DNA of 64,000 nt from Candidatus Collierbacteria bacterium RIFOXYD2_FULL_45_13 (GCA_001774685.1 MFAS01000001.1:287557-351556); one strand, 5' to 3'. Shown: positions 27,862 to 36,946, counted from the first letter of the stretch. Program-made: numbers and translations. The notes: generated by a model not told the origin, from the letters alone.

Positions 27862-28047
27862 ATGGCTAAGAAAAGCAAAATCGCTAAATCAATTAAACTC
27901 GCTGGTCACTCCACGCGTGATCACCGTCGATGCCAGCTCTGTGGCCGGCCCCGAGGTGTCATCCGCATTTTTGGGCTCTGCCGCCTCTGCTTTAGAGAGA
28001 TGGCTCACAAAGGAGAACTCCCCGGCGTTTTCAAAATGTCAAAATAA
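27862..28047 (+). CDS. rpsN: 30S ribosomal protein S14 type Z (zinc-binding)
   Basis: 61 aa, CQLCGRP...CRLC. Confidence 0.92.
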   Translation: MAKKSKIAKSIKLAGHSTRDHRRCQLCGRPRGVIRIFGLCRLCFREMAHKGELPGVFKMSK

Positions 28048-28048
28048 C

Positions 28049-28438
28049 ATGGATACTACAGCAGACTTTCTTACTATCATCAGGAATGGCTACCTAGCCA
28101 AAAAAGATACGGTCATTACGGATTTTTCCAAAATCAGAGGAGAGCTCGTCAAGATCTTAAAATCCGAAGCCTTTGTCGAAGATTATTCCATTGAGGAAGG
28201 TAAGCCGACCAACAAAATTATTATTACCCTTAGATACTTCGAAAAAGGACTACCCGCCGTAACCGGCATTAAGAAAATCAGCAAGCCCAGTGTCCGCATC
28301 TACTCCGGTTTTGGCAACATCCCCCAGGTTCTTTCCGGTGCCGGAACCACGATTATCTCCACTTCTTCTGGCTTAATGACCGGCAAGGCCGCCAGAGAAA
28401 AACATCTCGGAGGCGAAGTTATCTGTCAAATTTGGTAA
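28049..28438 (+). CDS. rpsH: 30S ribosomal protein S8
   Basis: Start at MDTTADFLTIIRNGY (ATG 28049), directly after the S14 stop. The 27917 start in the ORF track is an out-of-context extension overlapping rpsN. Confidence 0.9.
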   Translation: MDTTADFLTIIRNGYLAKKDTVITDFSKIRGELVKILKSEAFVEDYSIEEGKPTNKIIITLRYFEKGLPAVTGIKKISKPSVRIYSGFGNIPQVLSGAGTTIISTSSGLMTGKAAREKHLGGEVICQIW

Positions 28439-28445
28439 AACATAT

Positions 28446-28994
28446 ATGAGCCGCATAGGACGCAAACCACTACATCTTCCTGCTACCGTCACCTTCGAAA
28501 AGACGGATACTACCCTAAAATTTACCGGTCCAAAAGGAACGCTGGAATCTGTTCTGCCCGAAGGTATCAAGCTTGAAGAAAAAGATGGTGTCTTAAAGTT
28601 TACTCGTGAAAGTGATATTCCGGCTGTCAGGGCTCTTCATGGTTTGGCTCAACGCCTAGCCCAAAACGCCATTCTCGGGGTCACCGAGGGTTTCTCCAAA
28701 GATCTAATGCTCATGGGAACCGGTTATCGGGTCGCCCCACATTCTGAAGGCCTCTCGCTTTCTGTTGGCTACTCCCACCCCGTTATTTTCAAAAAAGTTC
28801 CCGGCGTTACTATCACTACTGAGGGTCAGGATAAAATTAAAGTGACGGGTATCGACAAACAGCTCGTTGGTCAGGTAGCCGCCGATATCCGCGCCATCAG
28901 AAAACCTGAACCGTACAAGGGCAAGGGTATCCGTTACGTCGACGAAGTCGTCCTTAAGAAACAGGGGAAGACTGCTACCAAAACTGCGGCCTAA
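28446..28994 (+). CDS. rplF: 50S ribosomal protein L6
   Basis: SRIGRKPL.., two L6 repeats. Confidence 0.93.
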   Translation: MSRIGRKPLHLPATVTFEKTDTTLKFTGPKGTLESVLPEGIKLEEKDGVLKFTRESDIPAVRALHGLAQRLAQNAILGVTEGFSKDLMLMGTGYRVAPHSEGLSLSVGYSHPVIFKKVPGVTITTEGQDKIKVTGIDKQLVGQVAADIRAIRKPEPYKGKGIRYVDEVVLKKQGKTATKTAA

Positions 28995-28999
28995 AACAT

Positions 29000-29344
29000 A
29001 TGAACAAACACTTAACTAGCCAACAAATCAGAGCCGGTCGTATTCGAGCCAAGCTGCTTTCGGTCACCACCAGACCACGTTTGACCGTCAATCGATCCAA
29101 CTCACACATTTTTGCCCAGATTATCGATCAAAAAGGTAAAGCTCTCGTCGCCTACGGCTCTCAGGCTCTGAAAAAATTCAAAGGCACCAAAACGGAAATG
29201 GCTACCGAAGTCGGCAAGAAACTTGGTGAAATGGCCAAAGAGAAAAAGGTGACTACTGTCGTCTTCGATCGTGGTTCATACCGTTTTCATGGCCGCGTCA
29301 AAGCTTTGGCGGAAGCCGTTCGTGCCTCCGGTCTCAAATTCTAA
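29000..29344 (+). CDS. rplR: 50S ribosomal protein L18
   Basis: Position and size, typical L18 C-terminus. Confidence 0.9.
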   Translation: MNKHLTSQQIRAGRIRAKLLSVTTRPRLTVNRSNSHIFAQIIDQKGKALVAYGSQALKKFKGTKTEMATEVGKKLGEMAKEKKVTTVVFDRGSYRFHGRVKALAEAVRASGLKF

Positions 29345-29373
29345 TAACCAATAACTAATAACGAATAACTAAA

Positions 29374-29892
29374 ATGGCATACTCAGGCAACACCAACAAT
29401 ATCAACAGAGGAGGCGGACGTCCCGCCCCAGAAGGCTTCGAGCAAGTTCTCGAAATCCGTCGCGTCAGCAAGAAGACACAGGGCGGTACCAACGTTTCCT
29501 TTTCTGCCCTAGTCGTGACCGGTGACAAAAAAGGCAAGGTTGGTCTTGGTTTAGCCAAAGCCCCCAACGTCGCTGATGCAATCAAAAAAGCCATTCGTTT
29601 GGGCAATCGAGACCTCGTTCAAGTTCCTTTGGTCGAAGGTACAATTCCCTACGAAACCATTTCCAAATACGGCGCCGCCAAAGTTCTTTTTCGACCGGCA
29701 CCCAAAGGTACCGGTCTCATCGCTGGTTCTTCAGTCCGTGCCGTAGTTGAGGCCGCCGGTATTACCGACATTGTCTGCAAGGTCATGGGAACTAACAACA
29801 AAACCAGTAACGCCCGTGCTACCTTCAAAGCCCTAAAACAAATTGAAACTCTGGCCAAGAAATATCAAATGCTCAAGGCTCTCCGCGCCTAA
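29374..29892 (+). CDS. rpsE: 30S ribosomal protein S5
   Basis: [16 protein letters not shown].. ds-RBD plus S5 C-domain. Confidence 0.93.
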   Translation: MAYSGNTNNINRGGGRPAPEGFEQVLEIRRVSKKTQGGTNVSFSALVVTGDKKGKVGLGLAKAPNVADAIKKAIRLGNRDLVQVPLVEGTIPYETISKYGAAKVLFRPAPKGTGLIAGSSVRAVVEAAGITDIVCKVMGTNNKTSNARATFKALKQIETLAKKYQMLKALRA

Positions 29893-29897
29893 CTCCT

Positions 29898-30350
29898 ATG
29901 AAAACACTACTTTCCAACCTCCCCAAGCTTAGTAAAACTCCCAAGAAGCGGCTAGGTCGAGGTTTTGGCTCGGGCGTTGGTGGCCATACTGTCGGCCGTG
30001 GTCAAAAAGGCCAAAAGACCCGTGGCGTCATGCCTCTCTGGTTTGAAGGCGGACAGCTTCCGCTTATCCGACGCACCCCGTTTATCAAAGGCAAGCACCG
30101 CTTCCAGGTTATCAAACTTCAGCCTATTACCGTCAACTTTGACCGTTTAGACAAGTTTGAGACTAACTCGGTCATCGATCCGCTATTCCTCGCCACTGCT
30201 CTCAAAGTCAGTGAGAAAGAAGCCAAACGTGGCTTCAAGATCATTGCCACCGGTAAGCTCACCAAAGCCCTCCAGGTGGCCGTTCCGGCCTCCGCAGGTG
30301 CTATCAAAGCTATCGAGGCTGCCGGCGGCAAATACCTAGCCTCCAAATAA
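29898..30350 (+). CDS. rplO: 50S ribosomal protein L15 (follows S5 directly; no L30 gene)
   Basis: [27 protein letters not shown].. typical L15. No rpmD between rpsE and rplO. Confidence 0.92.
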   Translation: MKTLLSNLPKLSKTPKKRLGRGFGSGVGGHTVGRGQKGQKTRGVMPLWFEGGQLPLIRRTPFIKGKHRFQVIKLQPITVNFDRLDKFETNSVIDPLFLATALKVSEKEAKRGFKIIATGKLTKALQVAVPASAGAIKAIEAAGGKYLASK

Positions 30351-30383
30351 GATCACCCCTTGGCAATGTCGTATTTCCTATAG

Positions 30384-30389
30384 TATAAT
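30384..30389 (+). promoter_or_regulatory. -10 hexamer TATAAT upstream of the first inserted gene
   Basis: TATAAT 38 nt upstream of the ATG. AAGGAG RBS present. Confidence 0.3.
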
Positions 30390-30427
30390 TCACGGGAACT
30401 TTCACATTTTTTTCCAAGGAGCTTTTC

Positions 30428-31141
30428 ATGAACATTACCGTAATCAGTTCTGGACCTCTTTCTGAAGAAACCAAAGCCTTGCTGGCTAAACTATATGAGA
30501 CCGTTGATCAAGTAATGGCTGTAGGTGAATACCGTATGGGATTTCGGACCGCCAAGATCCGGAATGGTATTCTCTACTGGCCGAAAGTCGAGGGAGGCTA
30601 TCTGGCCATCGACTCTCTGATCCGGAAAATGCACGATGCGGATACAAACCTGAAGCGTCTGGACGAAAACTTCTCTGTAGACCTCGACGACGTCGCCATC
30701 TTGGCTGAAGTTCTCGAGGAGTGTCTCAAACAGGCAGAGGGTGGTATGTTCAACCCCTCTCGGCGTCTCCAGCGCGCAGTTCAATCCATGCTCTATTCAT
30801 TCAAGAACTTATTCCCTGGAATGAAGTCGTACATGGGACAACCTCTGAACGAAGAGTTCGTTGTTTTAAGGGTCAGTTTTGACTACTACGCTCGTAAGGT
30901 CATCGCCGCGGGCGAGGAAGCCATGAAACTGGTCAACTCCAAGATCATCGACGGTCGGTTGTTCCTGAAAAGCGATGATGGATACTTGGTCGTTGACCCA
31001 GACAGCCAAGGTGGATCCTCACTGTTTCGATGCCCGGACCTCAATTTTGCGAACGCAAAAGCGGTTGGGGGCATTAGTTTTGCGAACGAACGGCAATACC
31101 GAGACATGTTTATTAGTTGGTTAAACGAAGCCGGGCTCTAA
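30428..31141 (+). CDS. hypothetical protein (237 aa) inserted between rplO and secY
   Basis: AAGGAG RBS, followed by a strong terminator. No recognisable motif. Confidence 0.6.
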   Translation: MNITVISSGPLSEETKALLAKLYETVDQVMAVGEYRMGFRTAKIRNGILYWPKVEGGYLAIDSLIRKMHDADTNLKRLDENFSVDLDDVAILAEVLEECLKQAEGGMFNPSRRLQRAVQSMLYSFKNLFPGMKSYMGQPLNEEFVVLRVSFDYYARKVIAAGEEAMKLVNSKIIDGRLFLKSDDGYLVVDPDSQGGSSLFRCPDLNFANAKAVGGISFANERQYRDMFISWLNEAGL

Positions 31142-31155
31142 AGAAAACTGATAGT

Positions 31156-31183
31156 AACCCATCTCGTCTGAGGTGGGTTTTTC
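31156..31183 (+). terminator. intrinsic terminator (cccatctc/gaggtggg + TTTTT)
   Basis: 8-bp stem including one GU pair, 4-nt loop, 5 T. Confidence 0.65.
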
Positions 31184-31198
31184 TTGACAATTATCCTA

Positions 31199-31204
31199 TA
31201 TAAT
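31199..31204 (+). promoter_or_regulatory. -10 hexamer TATAAT upstream of the membrane-protein gene
   Basis: TATAAT 47 nt upstream of the ATG at 31251. An adjacent TTGACA at 31185 has the wrong spacing (8 nt) and is not counted as a -35. Confidence 0.3.
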
Positions 31205-31250
31205 AGTACAATCCAGCTAGTTTGCATTCACTTTGACAAAGGAGTCTCAC

Positions 31251-31760
31251 ATGAGGAAATTTACCATCATCTGGTCGCTATCTTACTTGATCTTAGCTGC
31301 GGCAATGTTCGGGAGCAGCTTTCTAAGGCCTTGCGGTCCCATGACTGGCACAGGACTGTCCTGTGATTTTTCATACGGCATGAAAGCCACGATTGATATG
31401 CCTGCCGAAGTGTCGGTGGGTAGTTTCGCACCATTCACCGTGGCCTATTACTCGGATGGAGCGCTGGTTCCGATCGAAACCTTGAATCTTGGCGGTTTCT
31501 ACTATGTCGTTTTCAACACCACTGGAGCAACTGAGTTATATATGGTCAAAGCCGCCGGTGGTATTCGCTCTCCTACCATCGGAGTCGATGCACTTACAGA
31601 TTATCCGACCCTGCATGTTGTTCGTACCTGGCGGAATGTCCCACTTCAGGTGTGGAAATGGTATCTCTCTCCGGTCTTTTTCCTATGCACCATTATGTCT
31701 ATTTTGCTGCTGATGGCGGCTAGAAGCAGTTTGAAAAACAACCAAAACCACGCCGGCTAA
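31251..31760 (+). CDS. hypothetical secreted/membrane protein (signal-anchor plus C-terminal TM)
   Basis: Start at the ATG at 31251, preceded by AAGGAG. N-terminal hydrophobic segment and a C-terminal TM helix. Confidence 0.55.
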   Translation: MRKFTIIWSLSYLILAAAMFGSSFLRPCGPMTGTGLSCDFSYGMKATIDMPAEVSVGSFAPFTVAYYSDGALVPIETLNLGGFYYVVFNTTGATELYMVKAAGGIRSPTIGVDALTDYPTLHVVRTWRNVPLQVWKWYLSPVFFLCTIMSILLLMAARSSLKNNQNHAG

Positions 31761-31789
31761 ACTTCTCAGCAACCCTCAAAGGAGGTCGT

Positions 31790-32206
31790 ATGTTAAATAT
31801 GCTTGCATTCCTTGGCGTATCAAAGCCGGGAGACATTAAGCTACAAGTTCGTTCTGGAATGATGAACGGTGCCATCAGATTTTTTCGGGAAATAAGGTGG
31901 TTTGAAGTTACCGATCGTAAAGTTAACCAGCCTTGGGGCCAGACCAGATATTTCACTCCGGCCCTGAATAGTTTGGTTGTGGGTTTGTTCGAATCGTCCC
32001 ATGATCCAGACGGATTGACAATGACTCAGAGCCAGCTACCCCTTCATTTTGAGGATGTCGCCCCAGAAGTTGCTGCACGAGCGATCCTCGCGTGGGCCGA
32101 CTACGCGGAAGCTGGTGAGGGAGCTGCCATAGTATCGTACGATGAAGGCGCCCGGTGGCTAGTTTATCTGCCGGCCATCTTCACCTTCGCCATCGAGATC
32201 GTCTGA
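31790..32206 (+). CDS. hypothetical protein (138 aa)
   Basis: AAGGAGG RBS. No recognisable motif. Confidence 0.55.
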   Translation: MLNMLAFLGVSKPGDIKLQVRSGMMNGAIRFFREIRWFEVTDRKVNQPWGQTRYFTPALNSLVVGLFESSHDPDGLTMTQSQLPLHFEDVAPEVAARAILAWADYAEAGEGAAIVSYDEGARWLVYLPAIFTFAIEIV

Positions 32207-32225
32207 TCACCAACGGTATGTGTAC

Positions 32226-32251
32226 ACCACCCTTCATAGGGTGGTTTTTTT
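32226..32251 (+). terminator. intrinsic terminator (accaccc/gggtggt + TTTTTTT)
   Basis: 7-bp stem, 6-nt loop, 7 T. Confidence 0.65.
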
Positions 32252-32318
32252 ATTTGATTTACATTACCTCCAATTCAACCTGTGAATCATCGAACGAATC
32301 TGCTAGGATAAAAATATT

Positions 32319-33086
32319 ATGCCATTCAAATCATGGAACGAAATGACGGATGGACAAGAAGGTGAGTCACCTTTTTCACCAACCGGACCAACAGGGGATA
32401 TTCCTCGAACAGCAGAATCATCAGACTTGTTAACAAAGGCTGGTACGGGAGAAACATTAGATCCCGTTGCAGCAGAAAAGGCTCGCAAAAAATATCGAGC
32501 GCAGTCCAGTCAGGATATTGGCCGACTTCAGGCGAACTCCGTTTCGAGTGACATGGGTTTTGGCAACCCGGGTGAAGCCGACACCGATGAGGAAGCTCCA
32601 GAAGATTATTCTGAGGAAATTTCTCATGACGGCTATCAAGTTATTCGACCGGCCAATGCAGGTCAAGTTGAAAAACAACTCCAGACCAAACTTAAAAAAA
32701 GTTATACCGAATCAACCGATCCCCAAGATATAGAAGGTGAGAAGGATAACTGGATCGGTGACTCACCCACACTTACCGAAGCAGATCTACCTCATTTCAA
32801 TGCTAATGAACACAATCGTGAACCAAAAGGAGATAATAGTCGAATCGATATGGGTCGCTACGATGCAAGGATGCCATCTCCTAACCTAGAATCATCTGCG
32901 TCGGATTTGGAGAAAGAAAATCAAGACCGCAAACTCTGGCGCGATCCATTAGTGCCGGAGTTGATGGATGAACCAGGATTCCCAGAAGAAATTGCCAAAG
33001 AAGAGCTCAGGTTAGCTAGAAAAAAGGGGTACGTAACCGAAGCACGGGAAGAAGAGATTAAAAAACGGGCGAGGGAAGGTCGATAA
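32319..33086 (+). CDS. hypothetical acidic low-complexity protein (255 aa, D/E/P/S-rich, probably disordered)
   Basis: No hydrophobic core or known motif. Basic C-terminal tail (KKRAREGR). Confidence 0.5.
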   Translation: MPFKSWNEMTDGQEGESPFSPTGPTGDIPRTAESSDLLTKAGTGETLDPVAAEKARKKYRAQSSQDIGRLQANSVSSDMGFGNPGEADTDEEAPEDYSEEISHDGYQVIRPANAGQVEKQLQTKLKKSYTESTDPQDIEGEKDNWIGDSPTLTEADLPHFNANEHNREPKGDNSRIDMGRYDARMPSPNLESSASDLEKENQDRKLWRDPLVPELMDEPGFPEEIAKEELRLARKKGYVTEAREEEIKKRAREGR

Positions 33087-33130
33087 TCACTTCTAATTCT
33101 TGTCTTAGCTGATAGAATAGAGCTCACGGT

Positions 33131-34411
33131 ATGAATAATATATTAGCTCCTCTGCGCGCTCTGTTCAAAATCAAAGATCTTCGCAATCGTCTTATTTTTA
33201 CAGCTGTCGTTATCGCCATCTTCCGTCTAGTAGCCCACATTCCCACACCGGGCATCAATTTGGCCGCACTTAAAGGGCTCTTCGACTCATCGGCCTTTCT
33301 TTCTTTGCTGGATGTTTTTTCCGGTGGCACTCTAACGAATTTCTCTGTCATGGCACTCGGCTTGAATCCTTACATCAATGCCTCCATCATCATGCAGATG
33401 ATGGGTATGGTTGTTCCCAGTCTGGAAGCTCTTCAGAAGGAAGGGGATTACGGCCGCCAAAAAATCAATCAGTACACACGTTTACTTACAATTCCCCTAA
33501 GTTTTCTCCAGGGTATCGCTCTAATATTTCTTCTTCGAGGGCAAGGTCTCACCACCACTGCCGATCCGCTTAAGCTCGCCTCGATTGTTTTCACCCTTGC
33601 TGCTGGCACGGCTTTCCTTATTTGGCTCGGTGAACAGCTTAATGATTATGGTTTGGGCAACGGCATTAGTTTAATTATCTTTGTGGGTATCGTTACCCGG
33701 CTTCCAGTCGCCGCTGCTCAGGTACTCACCACCATTGATCCTTCTCAAATATTCACCTACTTGATATTCGGTTTCTTTGCCGTTGCTTCCGTTTACGCAA
33801 TTGTCAGAGTCGGAGAAGCTGTTCGTGAAGTTCCTATTCAGTCGGCTAGACGCGGGGCTTCCTTCACTTCCGCTGTTGGTAACCATCTGCCTCTTCGTCT
33901 TAACCAGGCTGGCGTCATCCCGATCATTTTTGCCGTTTCGTTTATGCTGATTCCCAATTTGCTTAGTCGTGTTTTTGCCAGCTCTAGCCAGCCACTCCTC
34001 TCCCAAATCTCCCGAAGCATGAGTCTCTATCTTGCCCCTAATACTGTTGTTTATAACGTCCTTTATTTTGCCCTAGTTGTCGCCTTCTGTTATTTCTATA
34101 CCGCGGTTGTCTTCAATCCGGAAAAAATTGCCAAAGATCTCCGCTCCTCAGGCTCTTTCATCCCCGGTATTCGGCCCGGTCCCAACACCGTTGATTATCT
34201 GAACTTTGTTTTAAACAGAATTACCTTAGTCGGCGCCTCGTTCTTAGGTCTAGTCGCCATTTTCCCCTCCATTATCTCCGGAGTTACCGGCATCACCTCC
34301 ATCGCCATCGGTGGTACCGGCATTCTCATCGTTGTCTCGGTAGTTTTGGAAATCCTCAAGACAGTCAACTCCCAGCTCTACATGTACAGTTACGACAAAT
34401 TCCTCGACTAA
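33131..34411 (+). CDS. secY: preprotein translocase subunit SecY
   Basis: 10-TM profile. N-terminal LRNRLIFTAVVIAIFRLVAHIPTPGIN typical SecY. Confidence 0.93.
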   Translation: MNNILAPLRALFKIKDLRNRLIFTAVVIAIFRLVAHIPTPGINLAALKGLFDSSAFLSLLDVFSGGTLTNFSVMALGLNPYINASIIMQMMGMVVPSLEALQKEGDYGRQKINQYTRLLTIPLSFLQGIALIFLLRGQGLTTTADPLKLASIVFTLAAGTAFLIWLGEQLNDYGLGNGISLIIFVGIVTRLPVAAAQVLTTIDPSQIFTYLIFGFFAVASVYAIVRVGEAVREVPIQSARRGASFTSAVGNHLPLRLNQAGVIPIIFAVSFMLIPNLLSRVFASSSQPLLSQISRSMSLYLAPNTVVYNVLYFALVVAFCYFYTAVVFNPEKIAKDLRSSGSFIPGIRPGPNTVDYLNFVLNRITLVGASFLGLVAIFPSIISGVTGITSIAIGGTGILIVVSVVLEILKTVNSQLYMYSYDKFLD

Positions 34412-34412
34412 A

Positions 34413-34976
34413 ATGAACTTAATAATTCTCGGTCCACAAGGGTCAGGCAAGGGAACACAAGCCAAATTACTTGCCGACAAGTTTGGCTTTGTTCACGTCT
34501 CTTCCGGCTCTCGACTTCGCGAATTTGCCAAAGGTAATTCGGAGAAGGCTAAGCTAATCGCAGACCTCTTAACTACCGGGGAACTTATGCCTTTTGATAC
34601 TGTCATGCAGGTCATCGAACCAGACCTTTTGGGAGCCCAGCAAGGTTTCATCTTAGATGGTACCCCCCGAGACGTGATGCAGGCAGAGTATCTTGATTGG
34701 TATCTTGGTGAGCACAAACTCCAGATCGATAAAGTTATTCTTCTGGACATCCCCCGAGAGGTAAGTTTGGATCGGCTCTCCAAGAGGGCCCAGATAGAGC
34801 ACCGTTCTGACGACACCACAGAGGCCATAAATGAGAGGTTAAGTATTTACGAAAACGACACACTACCGGTCCTTGATCGCTATCGCAAACAGGGCAAGCT
34901 CATCGAAATTGACGGCACCCCCGACGTCCAAACCATCTTCGCCAATATCGTCCAAAAACTTGACTTGGTCTCCTGA
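34413..34976 (+). CDS. adk: adenylate kinase (short form without zinc lid)
   Basis: P-loop GPQGSGKGTQA. 187 aa. Confidence 0.9.
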   Translation: MNLIILGPQGSGKGTQAKLLADKFGFVHVSSGSRLREFAKGNSEKAKLIADLLTTGELMPFDTVMQVIEPDLLGAQQGFILDGTPRDVMQAEYLDWYLGEHKLQIDKVILLDIPREVSLDRLSKRAQIEHRSDDTTEAINERLSIYENDTLPVLDRYRKQGKLIEIDGTPDVQTIFANIVQKLDLVS

Positions 34977-34994
34977 TCACTTTTGATCACAAGA

Positions 34995-35255
34995 TCATCT
35001 TCTGCGTCTTAGCCACCACCCCTTAAAGAATGGCAGAGTCAAAGTCGATAGGAGAAAACCGATTGCCGGTATAATCGCATTCAGCCACGGATTACTCACC
35101 TTTATTGCCCACATGTACAACCCGACACTTAGATAAGTAAACGTTGCCAGCAATAGTTTCCGCAAGCCACTTGTCTCCCAAGCCTTATCTCCCTCCACTT
35201 TCTTGTTTCTTGATTCAATTTTCAAAACTCTTTTTTCCAATTCAGAAACCTTCAT
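34995..35255 (-). CDS. small membrane protein, hypothetical (86 aa)
   Basis: N-terminal charged coiled segment then two hydrophobic helices. Convergent with adk. Confidence 0.4.
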   Translation of the reverse strand: MKVSELEKRVLKIESRNKKVEGDKAWETSGLRKLLLATFTYLSVGLYMWAIKVSNPWLNAIIPAIGFLLSTLTLPFFKGWWLRRRR

Positions 35256-35331
35256 TTCTACATTATACGTCGACCGCCGTTATAACAAAACAAATGTAAA
35301 ATATACAATATAAAATGACAAATATTTCAAA

Positions 35332-36066
35332 ATGACCAAACTACAAGCCATGACCGAAGGTGGTAAGAGACTCGGGCACATCAAAGGCCTGTTGGCTGGC
35401 ATGGTCAAAGAGGGCGTTACTCCTCTGGAAATTGATACAGAAGCAGAAAAACTGATCAAGGAGGGAGGCGACAAGCCGAACTTCAAAATGGAACCCGGTT
35501 ACCGCCACTCCACCTGTATCAACGTTAACCAAGGTATTGTCCACGGCATACCTGGCAACACTCCTTTCAAAGCGGGCGACGTGGTCAAAATTGATATGGG
35601 ACTTCTTCACGAAGGCTATCACTTGGATACTTCTATCACCGTTGCCATACCTCCAATTTCTCCACATGTAGCCAAATTTTTAGAGGTCTGTCAAAGTTCG
35701 CTCGACGCCGCTATTTTCGAGGCGATTCCCGGACACACAGTCTACGATATTGGGCTAGCAATGCAAACCGTGGTGGAAACCGCGGGGTACAACGTCATCC
35801 GGGATCTCACCGGGCATGGAATAGGCAGGAAGCTCCATATGGAACCATACATTCCTTGCTTTGCCGACACCAAAAGCAAAAAGTTTGTCCTTTCAGTCGA
35901 CCAGACGGTTGCTATCGAGGCCATGGTGGCTATGGGTGACTGGCATCTGGTCGAGGATCCGGATGGCTGGACTCTTTCGACCCAGGACGGATCCACTACA
36001 GCCATGATCGAGGAAACTGTCTATATAACCGCCGACGGCCCCAAAATCCTCACAGGCCTCAACTAA
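35332..36066 (+). CDS. map: methionine aminopeptidase type I
   Basis: Pita-bread fold metal ligands context (DVVKIDMG.., HGIG, EPxI). 244 aa. Confidence 0.9.
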   Translation: MTKLQAMTEGGKRLGHIKGLLAGMVKEGVTPLEIDTEAEKLIKEGGDKPNFKMEPGYRHSTCINVNQGIVHGIPGNTPFKAGDVVKIDMGLLHEGYHLDTSITVAIPPISPHVAKFLEVCQSSLDAAIFEAIPGHTVYDIGLAMQTVVETAGYNVIRDLTGHGIGRKLHMEPYIPCFADTKSKKFVLSVDQTVAIEAMVAMGDWHLVEDPDGWTLSTQDGSTTAMIEETVYITADGPKILTGLN

Positions 36067-36084
36067 TCCAAAAGCCACAAAAAA

Positions 36085-36115
36085 CCCGCCCTCCGTTTTC
36101 GGAGTGCGGGATTTT
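36085..36115. terminator. bidirectional intrinsic terminator (cccgccctccg/ggagtgcggg)
   Basis: 10-bp stem with one mismatch. T-runs on both strands (ATTTT on plus, TTTT on minus). Sits between convergent map and a small minus-strand gene. Confidence 0.6.
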
Positions 36116-36116
36116 A

Positions 36117-36269
36117 CTACTTCTTCTTGCCGGAATCCCTACGGACTCCATCGTGCCAGTCAAGTGTTTTGAGGAGACTCTCGCCTCCAAAGGGTTTTCG
36201 CTTCGGACGAAAGACCAGCCACAAAACGACAAGAACCAACACTCCCAGACCAATGTAGACTATTGGCAT
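36117..36269 (-). CDS. unlisted small membrane protein (50 aa: MPIVYIGLGVLVLVVLWLVFRPKRKPFGGESLLKTLDWHDGVRRDSGKKK)
   Basis: Below the ORF-track size cutoff. GGAGG RBS 5 nt upstream of ATG on the minus strand, one TM helix, terminated by the bidirectional hairpin. Confidence 0.45.
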   Translation of the reverse strand: MPIVYIGLGVLVLVVLWLVFRPKRKPFGGESLLKTLDWHDGVRRDSGKKK

Positions 36270-36379
36270 TTTTCCTCCAACATTGAAGATTTGTGCTTAT
36301 AACAGATGACATGTTAGCACAAAAATGGTGATTTGTCAAGACTATAGGGTGACGATTGTACCTCAATTCAATTTAATTA

Positions 36380-36388
36380 TGCTAAAAT
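36380..36388 (+). promoter_or_regulatory. extended -10 promoter TGCTAAAAT followed by ACCCG
   Basis: TGnTAnAAT about 38 nt upstream of the ATG at 36427. TAGGAGG RBS. Confidence 0.4.
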
Positions 36389-36426
36389 ACCCGATATTCT
36401 CGCATTTTTACATTTAGGAGGCTGAT

Positions 36427-36834
36427 ATGTCCGGTAATTATATTATTCTTCATGCCGCCGATACTTCGGGAAAAGCAGACGAACTTCAGATGGATCTCCT
36501 GTTCGAAGGATTTGCCACCATCACCATCTCGGAGGTCCTTCTCCAGGGTCCTTTAAACATCCCCGAGCTGATCGAATCAGAGCTTGGTGTGATCATCGTT
36601 CTTAGCGATGATCTTTTGAAAGATATCGTCTGTCTCACCATGGCCAAGCAAGCCATGAGAGTTCAAAAGGGCACCGTTATTGTGTTTGACAAGATCTCCG
36701 CTCCAGAGTGGGCTGGGCAACCTTTCAAGTTAGTCCCTGGAGTTCTCTATGAGGTTGATTGGGAGTTTTTCCTGACCAAGCTACGCTCTGTTGAGCGCAT
36801 TTCTCGCCTTGGTGAAGAAGACATCCCAGAATAA
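36427..36834 (+). CDS. hypothetical protein (135 aa) inserted between map and infA
   Basis: Strong RBS, own promoter and terminator. No confident domain call. Confidence 0.55.
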   Translation: MSGNYIILHAADTSGKADELQMDLLFEGFATITISEVLLQGPLNIPELIESELGVIIVLSDDLLKDIVCLTMAKQAMRVQKGTVIVFDKISAPEWAGQPFKLVPGVLYEVDWEFFLTKLRSVERISRLGEEDIPE

Positions 36835-36855
36835 GTCCCCGAAAGGGGACTTTTA
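36834..36855 (+). terminator. intrinsic terminator (agtcccc/ggggact, GAAA loop + TTTT)
   Basis: 7-bp stem, GNRA tetraloop, 4 T. Confidence 0.65.
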
Positions 36856-36917
36856 TTGTACAATTGCCCTATTGAGTGGTCTTTGGCCAAACGGGTCTAG
36901 CAATCTGCGCCTGAGTT

Positions 36918-36926
36918 TGGTAGAAT
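36918..36926 (+). promoter_or_regulatory. extended -10 promoter TGGTAGAAT upstream of infA
   Basis: Identical nonamer to the one upstream of rnpB on the minus strand at 63466-63474. Confidence 0.4.
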
Positions 36927-36946
36927 ACCACTTGCACAACTTTTAT

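Noticed and set aside
27917-28438. 173-aa ORF-track frame presented as a single gene overlapping rpsN
   Set aside because: It is the S8 gene with a spurious upstream extension. The conserved S8 N-terminus MDTTADFLTIIRNGY begins at 28049, right after the S14 stop.
29342-29369. Four tandem imperfect heptamers (TAATAAC CAATAAC TAATAAC GAATAAC) in the rplR-rpsE spacer
   Set aside because: A short AT-rich spacer. The repeat is most simply explained as low-complexity sequence around a stop/start junction. No evidence of function.
31185-31204. TTGACA followed by TATAAT as a canonical -35/-10 pair
   Set aside because: The spacer is only about 8 nt. Only the -10 is reported as plausible.
36427-36834. 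TIR-like or nucleoside-processing domain in the 135-aa inserted protein
   Set aside because: Only a vague resemblance ([11 protein letters not shown]...VIIVLSDD). No conserved catalytic Glu/motif could be pinned down by eye, so the protein is left as hypothetical.
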